64,000 nucleotides of DNA from Callorhinchus milii (GCF_018977255.1 NW_024704742.1:97652001-97716000); one strand, 5' to 3'. Shown: positions 49,190 to 63,012, counted from the first letter of the stretch. Program-made: numbers and translations. The notes: a model not told the origin generated them from the letters alone.

Positions 49190-51700
49190 CTTAAATAAGA
49201 CAAATGGCAAAACAGGATCAAGCACATGAATGCATGGCTGGAGAAATGGTGCAGAAAGGAGGGCTTCAAGGTTCCTGGAACATTGGGACCAGTTCGGGGG
49301 TAGGTGGGACCTGTACAAGGTGGATGGGTTACACCTGAATAGGGCTGGGATCAATGTCCTTGCAGGGAGGTTAAGTAGTGCTGTGGGAAAAGATTTAAAC
49401 TAAGTTTGAGGGGGGAAGGGAATCAGGATATGCCATGAGAGAGGACAAACAAGTTACATAGAGGGCTGGGAGAGACGAATAGCAATGTGATAAAGAGTAA
49501 TCCAGAAAAAGGAGGGATTAGACAGGGGGGGGGAAATGCAGAGCAGACTAAATCGGTCTTGGAGTGCACATGTGTAAACGTATGGAGTGTGACAAATAAG
49601 ATTGGTGAGCTGCAGGCTCAAGTTACCACATGGGGTTATGATGTAGTGGGAATAACAGAGACCTGGCTCAAACAGGGGCAGGAACGGGAGCTGAATATTT
49701 CTGGCTACAATGCATTCAGGAGGAATAGGGAAGGAAAAAAAGAAGGGGATGTGGTAATATTGATTAAAGACATGGTTACGGCCCTGGAAAGGGACAATGT
49801 GCTAGACGGTCCAAAAACAGAATCTATTTGGTTAAAGTTAGGGAGCAGAAAATTAGCTGTTACTATGTTAGGTGTATACTATAGACCACAAAATAGGGAA
49901 GGAGATAAACGAACAAATCTGCAAGATGATTTCAGAAAGATGCAAAACCAATAGAGTAGTGATAATGGAGGACTTCAATTATCCTAACATAGACTGGCAT
50001 AATAACAATGTAAACGGCAAGGAGGGGGAGAATTCCTGAAATGTGTGCAGGATAACTTTTTTGATCAGTATGTTTCCAGCCCAATGAGGAAGGAAGCAGT
50101 GCTGGATCTAGTTCTGGGGAATGAAGTGGGGCAAATGGAGCAGGTTTCAGTAAGAGAGCATCTGGACAACAGTGATCACAACATCATTAGGTTTAGAGTA
50201 CTTATGGAAATGGATAAGGAACAATCAAAGGTGAAGATACTAAATTGGAAGACGGCTAATTTTAGTGATTTAAAAATGGACCTGGACAAGGTGGACTGAA
50301 AAGAAAGATTGGCAGGTAAAACAGCTAACAATCAATGGGAAGCCTTCAAGGAGGAGATAGTTTGGGGACAGAACAAATACATTCCCACAAAGGGGAAAGG
50401 TAGGGGATCCAAACCTCCCTGGATGAATAAGGAAATTGGGATTAAAATAAAATGGAAAAAGGAGGCTTATGGTAAATGTCATATTCAAAATACAGAAGAT
50501 AGTCAAATAGAATATAGAAAGTACAGAGGAGAACTGAAAAAGAAAATACGAGGGGCAAAAAGATTGTATCAGAAAACATTAGTGGGTAACATAAAAGGGA
50601 ACCCTAAGATATTTTATAAGCATATAAAGAATAAAAGGTTAGCCAAAGGTAAGGTGGGTCCAATTAGGGACCAAAGAGGAAATCTTTTTGTGGAGGCAGA
50701 GGGCATGGCTGATGTACTGAATGAGTACTTTGCATCTGTCTTCACAAAAGAGGATGCAGCCAATGCCACAGCATCGGAGGAGCGGGTAGAGAAATTGAAT
50801 AAGATAAGAATAACCCAAGAGGAGGTACTCCCCTGTACAAAAAGGGAAAGAAGGATAAACCCAGGAACTACAGGCCAATCAGCCTAACGTCAGTAGTGGG
50901 GAAATTTCTAGAGCCTATAAATCCTGGACAAAGTATATTTTCACTTAGAAAAATATGGTTAATAAAGTACAGCCAACATGGGTTTGTTAAAGGCAAATCC
51001 TGTCAAACAAGCCTGATAGAGTTTTTTAATGAAGTAATGGAAAGGGTGAAAGTAGTGCAGTTGATGTAGTTTATATGGATTTTCAAAAGGCGATTGATAA
51101 AGTGCCATATACAAGAATTTTAAGCAAAATAGAAGCCCACGGTATTAAAGGGACAGTGGCAACATGGAAACAGAACTGCCTGGAAGATAGAAAGCAGAGT
51201 GTGGTGGTGAATGGTTGTGCAAAGGAGATTCACCAGGATGGTACCAGGAAAGAGGGATTCAATTATCAGGAGAGGCTAGAGAAGTTTGGATTATTCTCCA
51301 TGGAGCAGAGCAGGTTAAGAGGAGACTTAATAGAAGTTTTCTAAATTATGAGGGGATTGGATAGGGTGAATAAGGAGAAACTAGTTCCACTGGTGGGTGG
51401 GTCGGTAACCCAAGGTCACCGATTTATAATAGTTGTTAAATAAACAACAGGGTAGAGGCCAGGAGAATTTTTTTCACACAGAGAGTTGTTCAGATCTGGA
51501 ATGCATTGCCTGAAAGGATGGTGGAAGCCAATTCGATAACAAGTTTTGAGAGAGAAGTACATAATTAATTGGGGAGGACAAGTTTGCAGGGCTATGGGGA
51601 GAGCGCGGGGGAGTAGGATTGATTTGGATAGCTCTTTTCAAAGAGCCGGCACAGACACAATGGGCCGAATGGTCTCCTTCTGTGCTGTATGATTCTATGA
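49190..51700 (+). mobile_element. CR1 LINE with ORF1 esterase end, APE endonuclease, internally deleted RT and 3'UTR
   Basis: GRWDLYKVDGLHLN (SGNH-type ORF1); YDVVGITETWL, GDFNYPNIDW, SDHNII (endonuclease); QHGFVKGKSC, MDFQKAIDKVP (RT); tgattctatga tail. Confidence 0.93.
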
Positions 51701-51843
51701 AATGGCCTAAAATAAATGAATGCGGGCAAGTGCAGTTTATTTCAGTTCCGTGAAACCTTGTCCGGTTCAATGAACCAGGTTGAACCTGACTGTTGTATAT
51801 TTATAACAGACATAACCCTACAATCAAGACTAAAATGACTCAC

Positions 51844-51946
51844 CTTGTTACAACACAACTGATGCATTTGTCTTCACCTGGACCAGAACATTTATCACAG
51901 ACGAAATCACATTGTTGACACTTTTCTTTCTCATCAATATATTCAC
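51844..51946 (-). CDS. PCSK5: PCSK5 exon, probably the first PC5/6B-specific exon
   Basis: 103 nt, phase 1-2; (G)EYIDEKEKCQQCDFVCDKCSGPGEDKCISCVVT(R), resembling the GEY-x-D start of the mammalian B-specific region. Confidence 0.93.
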
Positions 51947-52882
51947 CTATAGTTACAAAAGATAAAAATGAGCATTCATTTAATTGAAGAGCAATGGATA
52001 TAAAATTAAACAGAACCTAATAACATTTAGTTTTAATTCTTTCTCATTTTGGATATAGGTGGGTCTACATTCATATTTATCTGAATATGTGAAATCTATG
52101 CTAGCTATCAAAACAAATCAAGTTTTACCAGGGTCTAGCAAAGCAAATTGTATCCCCATGCAAATCTACTTTATCTGCACTAAAATCTGTTTTGAATTCT
52201 CCAAGTTGGAAATATTTAGTCTAAATGGAGTTATATCACGGAATATGAATCCGCTCGACTGGCACCAGCCTCTCACTTATCCCTCGCACCCTCCTCCCCA
52301 CCATTGGAGGTCGCGCTTTCAGCCACAACATCTCAAAACTTTGGAACACTCTCCCTCAATCCCTCCACCCTGCCCCCTCTCCCCTTTTTCAAGTCCTGCC
52401 TGAAAACCTTCCTCTTCGACCATGTTTACGGCCACCTCCCCCCATCTCTCACCCTGCTCGGAGTCGGGCTCCGCCATTGTTAAGCGTCTGAGATGCTGCC
52501 CTGCCTGGAGGGCGCTAAAAAAGTGCAAATTGTTGTTGTTACTGTGAAACATTGTGTTTTTTCAACCCAAAATTACAATGTGTGGCATTACGTCACTCAC
52601 CCTGATAAAGTCAGATTAAATTAACCACCTGTTTTGACTGTTATGTTGAGTCAAAAGTATTGACACTGGTATATAAAGCTGTATGCCAGGGGAGAACTGA
52701 AGGATTGTGGTAGTAATCTGTGCATAACGTCTCACTTTGGAGGACACTTCCTCCCTAGTGTCAGGCTAGGAATGGAAACTGGTAGCTTCTGTGTTGTTGA
52801 ACACCAAATCCCTAAATTCTCTCAGACGTAGTCTTAAGAATCGAGTATGTTTACTGTTTCAAAGCTAACTTGCAGTTATATT

Positions 52883-53248
52883 TCCTGTAGCTCAGTGGAT
52901 AGAACAAACACTTCGCAAACAAGAGACCTGGATTCGATTCCTGGCAGGGAGAAAGAAACCTTGGGCAAGTTTCCTTACTCCACATTTTTCTGTTTACCTA
53001 GCAGTAAGTAGGAACCCAGTAGTTATTCATTTGGCGAATCGCTTTTCTGAGGGTAATAATTCCTTCAAAAAAAAAAAAAAATTGGTCACTCAATCCACGA
53101 CTGTTTGTGGGACACTGCTGTGCAATTGGCTGCTGTGTTTCACCCACAAAATGTACAGTCAATTCACTTTGCAGTATATTCTGTGAAGCACTTTGAGACA
53201 TCTCAATGATGTGATAAGGCGCTATATCAAATGCGATTATTATTATTA
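52883..53248 (+). mobile_element. Older, longer subfamily of the same tRNA SINE
   Basis: Same head and core, plus an extra internal segment at about 52985-53050. Confidence 0.85.
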
Positions 53249-53992
53249 TGATGGCTGGCAAATCATGCAACTCAATGTAGACAGCTGTAGAGTGTACTTA
53301 GCTGCACCACTGCATAAGATCATAAGGATAGTTCAGATGAAGAACCTTAATGCCATTTCTAATCATCCTTTCAGAATACCAGCTATATCATCTTCCTATT
53401 ATAGCATAAAACAGTTTCCTATCTCAGTCCACTGTCTCGGCCTCAACCTCCTGTCTTAGTTGAGGTCACAACACCGTAAGAAACTGTTTAATGCTGCAAT
53501 GGGAAGACGTGTGATTTGGGATCTTGGGATCATATTTCCAGCAGCTGTTTACCTTCTGTGCTAAGAAATAATTTCTGGATTCTGCCCTTAAAATTGTCCT
53601 TTGTAACCATGTACCCATTCCCTCTTGACTTATTGACTTATTATATCTGAAAGTATTGTTCTAGGTTTACTTTCACTGCTCTATTTTGTCCATTTTATAT
53701 ATTGTATATGAAGAATATCCCGTGAGACTCTCAAGAATATGATTATAATGGGTCAACGAAGAGGAGAAGACAGAAACAGCACCTTCTGTTTCAGTGCTTA
53801 ATATATATACATCAATGTTGTATATATTTGTATTTTACATGACACTGTATACAAATCACAATAACTGTCTGTGTTCTGGAGTTGGGTTTCTCCTAATCAA
53901 AGAGATTAATTGTATTTTAAATGATATTTTGCTGTCCTTGCCATGAAGTTGTTTCCCCGCTAGTAACGCACTGAAGGAATGAATGGAAGGTC

Positions 53993-54560
53993 ACGCCAAT
54001 ACATCTAGTCTTGACCACACTAACTCCCTGCTTGTCGGCTTTCCCAACTCATCACTCCACAAGCTGCAGATCATCCAGAACTCTGCAGCTCGTGTCCTCT
54101 CCCGCACCAGGCTCTGTGACCCTATCACCCCCATCCTTGCCCAATTCCACTGGCTCCTCATCCCTCAGAAGATAGAGTTCAAAATCCTCGTCCTTGCCTT
54201 CAAGGCCCACTATGGCCCATCCCATATCAACCTATCCACTCTCTCCGCTCAGCCAACTGCAGCCTACTCCACAGTCCCCGCCCGGCCTTCCCCACCATCG
54301 GCGATCGGGCCTTCAGCCTCGCTGCCCCCACCCTTTGGAATTCCATCACACAGTTCCTTCATTTTGCTCCCTCCCTTGCCTCCTTCAAGGCACATCTCAA
54401 GACCCTCCTCTTCAACCACACCTTCATCCACCCTCCTAACCTCCCTGTCCACCACCCAGTGATCCTAACTGCCTGCTTGGGTCCAAATCCTTGACTGTCC
54501 AGTGCCTTGGGATATCCTCCTGACATGAAAGGCACTATAAAAATGTAATTTGTTGTTGTT
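53993..54560 (+). mobile_element. L2 3' fragment
   Basis: NSLLVGFPNSSLHKLQIIQNSAARVLSRTRL; (TTG)n tail. Confidence 0.9.
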
Positions 54561-57500
54561 CGTGTTGATCCAGTTCCCATTCTAGTTCTAAGTGACCACT
54601 TTACCCTCTCAGGAGTCATTGAGCTATATTCGACTTCATCTTGCACTGGTGTTTTTTGTGTGATTATAGAATCAAAATTGAGGTGCTGATTAACACATTG
54701 AGTTTCTTTCAAGGAATGTTATTATAATTTATTTTGAAGATCTGTTCCCCTTCTCCAACCTCTGACGTCTGAACAGTGATAGCAGCCAAACCCCGCTGAA
54801 AAGTCCAGGGTGTCCTTGGATGCCTGTTTAGTGGGAAATGTTGTCAGTAACCAGAATGTCCTGTCCAAACCCATTCAAGGTGTGCAGGTCTAACTGCACC
54901 CTAACTGAATACCCTAAATAAGTGACCTGAAAGGCCATCTGGTCACTCACAATGATTCCCACTAAACATGATTTAGCCCATTATCCTCCGAATAAGCCTG
55001 AAGAAGCTAGTTTACATTGTTCAAAAACGATCCCAGCTAAGTGAGAATCCAAGAGAATGGCACTGTGGGTCTGTCAGGGAAGCCTTAGATTGTTGGTTGT
55101 GAGACCTAACTCATATAAAAATATGTATCTAATTGAATTGGGTCAATATCCCATCATTGAGCTTGGAAAGGCTCAATTAAGAAAGAATCCAAGATGGTAG
55201 TGCCCTGGGCTTTCCAAATAGGTTTGGTCAATGCTGTTATTCAAAAGTCAGAAGATATTTTAAAATAAGAAAGGGAATGTGTTTAGGAATACAACAAGAA
55301 CTTCCACTACATAAACACTCTTCGCATAGGATAACATCTTGAAGTGCTTCCCAGATACATTACGGAGACCCGTGCAAGGTGGGAAGGGGTGGGAGGGATA
55401 GGAGGGATATGAGGGAAATACCCAAACTGCAATTTTGACCTCTTTAAATTTAGAGGCAGGTTTGGGTAATTTAATAACACGAGGCTTGGAACATGTTGAT
55501 GATACTAAAGTATCCTAGAGGCTGCAAGTGATTACTGAGCATATGGACAATGTTTGGTCTCTGGAATAAAGACCAGATTGTTGGTTTCAGTAGGACCAAT
55601 AAAAGACAAGAGTTCACCATTAGCCTTTTGGAACCAATTTACACATGGCTTTAGCAGGAAGGGTACGATGAAAAGAATGACTATGTGCAACTTTATCCTC
55701 ATCTCCGCCTCACAGTTTGCACTGGAAAAGGCAGAGTATGGCTTTTCACTGTCTCTCTTTCTGAGTGTGTGTGTGGAGTTGAATTTAAACAGATGTTGGA
55801 AGAAAATGAAAGGAGCCTGCCTGCTCCTGACTTCCTAGCTTACCAGTTGCATTGTCCAAGCTTAAATATTCCTCTGGAAAATGATCAGAGGAGTCATCCT
55901 CAGTATTCCAATCACTATCTGAAAATCTTATATGAAGAGATTGAAAATAGCAGCTTTTTTTAAAAAAAAGAGACAATTGCTTTATAAATGAGTTTTCACA
56001 ACTTATGATTGTAATTTTCTGAAACAGGAACAAAAGTCCAGAATGACTTTTAATAACTGCTTGTGTTAAACAAGCATTTTGTCATCTGGTGGAAACAAAT
56101 AAGCACATTGTTTTATCTAGAATGCACGCTAATAGACAACAGGTGTACCAAACTAACCACCCTTATTTCAAAGCAAGGACATAATGCTCACAGGATCGTG
56201 AAAATGTGCTGTGCAGCTTTGAACGCAAAACGTTAAGAAAACCCTTGAAACTGCGGCTACTGCCAAAACAACTGTCAAAGTGCTACCACTAAGTCAGCCT
56301 GTAATTCATAAAAAGAACATTTTCTATTGTACTCTTCATGCTCCAGATGTGGTTCATAACATATTGAAATTGCTATATGAGAGATAATGTACACAGCTGT
56401 ACAGCTACGTCAAAGAAAATAACAATTGCTATTTATTAGAACCAAGCCATCGTTTTGTTATGAATATGTTGCCTGAGAAAGCAAACAAAAAGCGTCAAGA
56501 TCAGTTACGCATTTTCTCAAGATTGGCGAGCAATAACTGTTGAGGTTTTCATACTTTCATTGATCTGTACATCAAAGGAAGTTTCTCTCATTAAGGTAGA
56601 GCTTGGTATTGAGATCAATTGGTTTCCCAACTGTAGTTGAAAGTGTAGCAGTTGTGCAGGCTGAAGGGTTTGGCATATTCCAAGATAGATCAATGAGCCC
56701 ATAGATAATCCATTTAACTCCTTAAGTTTTGCTAATAAGATCTCCTGAGCTAACACAGAGAAATATACATTTAGTCTAACCACCTGGTCTATTTATTTTC
56801 TATTACTATTGCTTTGCCTGCAAGACAGAGCCCTAACAGATAGGGTGGTCCTAGCTGGACAACCAGTGGAAAGCTTGCCAGAAACCGTTTTCAACGGTAA
56901 GCTAAGCGGTTTTAGCTGGTTAGACTCCAGCAATACCCCAATGCACACCCTGGGGTCCTCAAACCTTGGTTCCTGCCAACTTGGACCTGGTACTCTCTGC
57001 GGTTAGGTAGGCAGGATGTGTCCCTCTGGGAGGGAGTCGCATTACATTCCAGACACAGAAATTTTCCCGTGTAGGTGGCATACAAAGAACTCTCCATCTG
57101 GTTTAGATACTCTTAAGCATTGTGATGCGTTTGCGCATGTTTAGCCGATTTTTACAATATATTACCTTAAGTTAAAATAGGAACTATATTTACAAGCAAA
57201 CAGGACAGCCAATTTGCACGCATCAGTATCCCACAGACAGGCAGGAGATGAATGAACGATTTATTTGGAGGATTGTTGGCCAGGACACTGAGAGAAACTC
57301 CTTGTGTCCTTCAAATATCCTCTTTTTACTGCACATTTTTGTGTGGGTTGAGTCTATTAGTAGCAATGCTGTTTAGGCTCCAAATCCATACATACCTTGG
57401 CTTTTAGATTCAGAAATGTGATATCTGAACACCCTCCCAACACATACAAAGATAATTAATTCAAGTTAGCAGTAAATTTGGATTAGAAGAATATAAACTG

Positions 57501-57774
57501 TGATAACCAGGAAGAAGACTCCGCTCGTCTTTATAAACCTCATTCATATTCTATAAAATCTTGATATTTAGGATAATCCCCAGGGATTTTTGTAGGAGAT
57601 TAAATAAAGCCTCTTCTAGACCCTTAAAACTCTTCAAGTGTTTTAAAAATTCTGTTCCAATTCCTTCAAGTCTGATTTCACATAAAGGGACTATACCCTA
57701 TTAGAATGATATGGCAATCCTGCCTTCTTCAATATTCAATTGGGATAAATGTTTGGAATTTTCATAACACAGTA

Positions 57775-58185
57775 ACAATAATCCTTAGAGTTGGTACATA
57801 CCATTCATGTCAGAAGGATGTCCTGAAGCATTTCACAGGATATACTGTAAAGTGGAGTGACTACGTGTTTGTGGCAGCCAATTTGCATACAGCAATGTCT
57901 CACAAACAGCCATGAAGTGAATAACTAATTTTACTTGAGGGATTGTTGATCAGGACACCGGGAGAAATTTCCTTCTCTTTTCGAATAGGGCCAATAGAAT
58001 CTTTAGCGTCCACCTGAACAGGCAGATGGGGCCAAAGTTTAACATCTCATCCGAAGGATGGCACCTCCAACAATGCAGCACTGTGTTCGAGTGTCAACTT
58101 AGACTATGTGATTCCAAGTCCCGACATGGGGTTTAAACCCAGAACCGTTTGACTCAAGAAGCGAGAGTGCTACCAAACCAGCTGG
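57775..58185 (-). mobile_element. Old near-full-length Deu-domain SINE
   Basis: gcagccaatttgcatacagcaatgtctcacaaacagc...cacctgaacaggcagatgggg...gagagtgctacca. Confidence 0.75.
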
Positions 58186-59511
58186 CCTGACACACCAGCC
58201 AAGCCAGATGGTCAGGGTTTTAGCTTTCAGGCCATTATCTTTTAATTTAAGATTGTGCATAGTTTTGAAAATTTTTAAAAATTCAGTCTTAACTTGGAAG
58301 CTTGTTTTCTGCATTTCCTTGGAACAGAATTTAAAATGAAACCCCAATATCCTTTTTTTTATTAGTTGCAGCTGAGACTTTAAGATTTCCCTGCAATCTA
58401 ACTTTTCTGTAATGAATGTTGGGATCTGTAAGAAATATTACTGGATTTGTGTCTATTTTACTATTCAATTTATCCACAAATATTTGATGGTAAAAAGGCA
58501 CTTGGAAACATGTAAATATGCAGGTTTGGACATTGAAAGAAAGTGCAGAGAAGAGCTTTGAAACATTGAATTCTGGCACTATACTCGCAGGTTGTTGTTA
58601 CACATTCCTCAAGAACACTTAAAATTCATTGAGATGTCATTGCAGTCAGATATGTCCCTTGGAGTTGCCATTTTTGGAATACTGTGTTCTTGACAAGTCA
58701 TTTCATTTCAGTGCTGCTTGTAGCATTAAATAACATAACCATTATCTTAGATCCTAGAACTGTTATGGCTGCCTGAAGGCATTGATGTGTGTTTTGAATG
58801 GGTTAGGGTATAACATTCTCTTTAAAAGTGCTCACTGCTCCAGGATTATTATTTGCTTGTGTTTAAAAGATTGGCATTTTAGAAAATAATTGATAGGCTT
58901 ATTTTTAAATTTGTGCCATACATAAAGATGTATTGCTCTGGGTAAAGCTGTAGCCTATCATTGAGGTTTGTGCCATTCCTAGCGAAGCTGCTTGCACAAA
59001 TGTACAAGCTCGCTCTCAGCTCTCCAGTCTCACAGGCTGACAAATGAAATAATCTGCTGCAGGATACAGCGTCCTGCTGAGTTATTATCAGAGATAGTTC
59101 ATTTCTTTATTGTCCTATGAATGGCTCTCAACATATATAAAAAAATTCCATTGTGTTCCAGCGTTGGTAACTTGTGGTATTTTGAGATTTCTTTTTCGTT
59201 CATGTCAATTCTGAAAAATCACCAAGACCCTTGCTTGAGAACAAGCTTTTTGCTTTAACCATTGTGCTCACTTATGATGTTAAAACCAAATAATCTTATG
59301 AATGAGTGTGTTGCATTGCACTGCGTTGTCAGCCCCATCATGTTATTAGGCAGGTATTGAAAAACAAATTGAAGGTTTGAAATGGAAACCCTACAAAATA
59401 AATAATCACTATACAGTTAAAAAAAAGTGAAGTGCTTTGAGGCATTCTCAAGGTAGGAAATGGGATTATATCAATGGTAAAATTATTATTAGTAGTATTA
59501 TTATGTTATTA

Positions 59512-60956
59512 AAGTTTAAATCACTCTGTAGAAATAATTTCTAAATGGTTTTCAGTGATGAGTCAATCAGACCAATAGCATTGCCACTTTACATATGAAT
59601 GGATATTACTTTTCTTAATATACGTGAGCTTCTTAAAATGGCTACTTTTTGCAATAGGTTCATATTTTATTCCCCAGGTATTTTGTCAAGCCAACTTTGA
59701 ATAATCTTATTAACAGTCCCAGTTGTACCGATGACTATAGGAAATATATTTGTGTTACATTGTCACATACATTTTCAATAATTCCTTATTTTTCACATTG
59801 TAATCACTCAGTATAGCCACATCAATAATACTACTTGTATAATTTAATTCATCATAATATCTGGTCTGTTACTGCTGATTGTCCTGTCTATATGTACTGA
59901 TGAATCCCAGATTATGGTCTGTTGTTTCTCAATGTCACTTTTGCTGAGTGATGTTCATACCAGTTTGCGTTTACATCAATATCAGAGAGTTTACAAATTG
60001 TCCAGTGAATATATTTAGCCAAGTTATTATGTTTAATCAGATATTCTGTTTGTGCTAGAGCTGGACTTGTCGACAATATGAGGGCCATTGTTTCTGGTAC
60101 TTGAGTTCATATTCTTAACTTTGGATCTTTTTTCTCTTTAAGATCTTATTTATCATATCAGGTTGTAATAGATTAGTCTTGTGCCGATATTATTAGAGCT
60201 TCTGTTTCAACTTTAAGATTCCCAGTAGTCAACCAGTTTTAGCTTGAGTTCAAATCTAGGCCTTGTTCTTTAATTTCTCTTAGAAATTGGCCAAGCATGA
60301 GTTTCTTCACCCATTCCTTTTTCTATAAGACATCAATTTCTTTTTAAGGAAAACTTTAATTTGATGTGCCATTTTTGTTGTAAGAGATGAGCTATAATCT
60401 ATTTCTTTTTGATGTATGTCATATTCTTATGTGATCTTGATTGTTTCTTTAATGATGGAAAATTATATTTTCTGCTTTCCACATTTTCCTATCATTTTAA
60501 TACTATAATTGGGGTTTGTTCTGATATGTTCACGTAAACCTACAATTGTTGATTTATAATCAAGCCTCTTCCTGTTTCTTTTCTTGGTATATAAATACAT
60601 TGGACATCAGCTTCTATATCATGCAGGCCGTGAATGGTCAACAGTTTTCCTATCAATATTTTTCAGACCTTTGATCATCCAATTGATTATACTAAATCTG
60701 TATGTTATTACTGGTATTGCATTTGCAATAGTAGCAAATATTTTATTTCTGGCATTTAACTCTTATTTTAAGTACTAAGGGTACTCTTATATATTCAGAA
60801 ACAATTTTCAATTTCATGCCTTCATGATCTATTCCATCACTTTCATCTATTCCAAGATATTTATACAGTACATTTTGATCTAGGTTTTTCATTGTGGTAT
60901 TTTGGTCTTGCTGATTGTTTTCAGTTTTTTGCAAGATTTTTTTTATCAATAAAGGT
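59512..60956 (-). mobile_element. Decayed R4/Dong-clade non-LTR retrotransposon (RT thumb to REL endonuclease)
   Basis: Minus-strand remnants YKYLGIDE, ELNARNKI..IPVITY, YIPRKETGRGLI, WLTTGNLKVETEALIISAQD, KYIHW, NRPDI, IIDVAI, PIVIGTTG and LQKVAILRSSRILRK. Confidence 0.85.
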
Positions 60957-63012
60957 CTATTATTATTACTGATAATAACAAATCAAAAAAAGCACTTGAG
61001 GGAATAGTGCAGTTAAAGAGAGAAGTTGTAAATACAATTAAGGATGGAATGTATCTCAGGAGTTACAGCTATTCATGTTATCGTAATAGCTTGTCACCAC
61101 TTAAGTTTTGAAAGGGTTTAGTTAATCTCCAAAGTAGTCCGCTAGCTGAGGTAGGTATGACCTGTTAAATTATTCTAGACCTTCTCACCATTGAGATCAG
61201 TATTGACAACAGAGAACGCTTGAAGCTATGTCTAAAATAGACAATGCCGCTAAGAATTCCAAAATCAACTTGCCTTTTTGAATCATGGAGATCCAAGTTA
61301 AATGTGGCTTCAGGAAATTTGAGTCTCTGAAGATTTGAAATGGCCTTAAATTGCAAAAAAAATCAAAATACTGTACTTATCTGTGTTGGCCTTCTCCAAT
61401 TGATTACACCATCAAATCACGTGTAGTTAATTTTCCTTTCAGAGTTTCAGAGAGATAAGCTGCATATATTGAAATATATATATGGCTAATAGTTGTATCA
61501 AAATTACAAAATACATCAAGTCCCATTGATATTTATTTTTGTTTGAATAAATTTCTGGATCTTCAGATTTAAAAAAAACGCCATTTTGTTCTAAAATAAA
61601 AAACATAAATCTACATAGAGTATAGAGTATTTTGTGTACCAAAATCCTGTATGTTTTGTAGGCAACCTACTGTTTAATATTTGACTGAGGATAGGTGTGC
61701 CAAGAACCAGGATTCCTGGACAGTCTGCTCTAGGTGCACTGTTCTGGTGGTTGAGTTCATAAGGTCACAAGAGGTTTGAGTGATGAATTGAAGGCCCTTT
61801 GTATCTGGTTGTTCATGTGATACTTGAATGTCGTTGATGGAGAATAGTACCTAGCAAATATTTATTTACAGCTGACCCCAGTACTTGTCTGGTGTTCATC
61901 TGTTCTACCTCCCCAAGATTACAATGCATAATTATACTATGAGAACAGCATCTTTTTTGTTGTTGTTGTCTCTAGATCTGTGACTGCTGGAAAGATGCTG
62001 GTGGCAGATTCTTGATGCTGGTATGATTTTAAGATACTTTGTCATTGCTCTCTTAAACTGTACATTTCATAGAACCATAAAAAGTTTACAATCATATGGC
62101 ACATTATTTCTGGTTCTTGCTCCCACCTCTGAATTTTCAGCCTTGGACCTCAGAGTGGGGCGGCAGAAATCAGGAAGCAGCAAGCAAGCCTGGGGATCGC
62201 ACTCATGCTGGGCATGGAACCCAGAGTTAGTTCCAATATGATGATGAGAAAGATAGAGGTCCATTGGATTTCCTTCACCGTGCCATCCAATAAGCTGGAG
62301 CAACATCGACGACAACAATTGGATTTATATAGCACCATCTACGCCGGATGGCATCTCAGAGCGCTTCACAGTAACGAATCTTGGGGCCGAGCCAGGGGGA
62401 GGGGGAGGAAGGTGACCAAAGGTGCGGTCAGTGCAGTGACTCAGTCTTCCCAGCAGGAGGGAAGTCTGTGGAAGTACTTTGGGAGGAGCCTGATGTACAA
62501 GATGTTTCTGTGCTTAGGAGTGGAGAATCTGGAGAAGAGTCTGGAGAAGTCAGGGAGCTGATATCCTTTCCTATGGGTGACCTCTTCGCATGTTTTTTCT
62601 GATTCAACTTGTTTGTTCACCAACTATGGCTGGATTTTTCTTCTTGCAGGACACCCCCATGCCCACTATACTATGTGTCGGGTCTGTGTATTTATAGATA
62701 AACACATCAGCAAATTTGCACACATCAATAACCCATAAACAGTCAAACTGTTTATTCTTCTTTCACTGGTGATTAATGGCTAGAACACTGGGAGAAATTC
62801 CCTTCTCTTTTCTAAACCAGATCTTGATTTAATATTTAATCCGAGGACAACACTTCCACCAATATAGCATTCCCTCACTGCTCCTTCAGAGTGTCAGTCT
62901 AGATTGTAAAAGCAAATTCCTAATGTAGGGATTTGGGAACATATGCTAGCTTGAGTTACAAAAATGTTGTGTCAAGGCCCACATAGATCTCTGGTAACAT
63001 TTTCTCCCTGCA

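Noticed and set aside
62420..62600. Ser/Thr/Pro-rich minus-strand frame (KKHAKRSPIGKDISSLTSPDSSPDSP...) as an extra PCSK5 exon
   Set aside because: No polypyrimidine acceptor, no resemblance to convertase repeats, and flanked by repeat fragments; more likely retroelement debris
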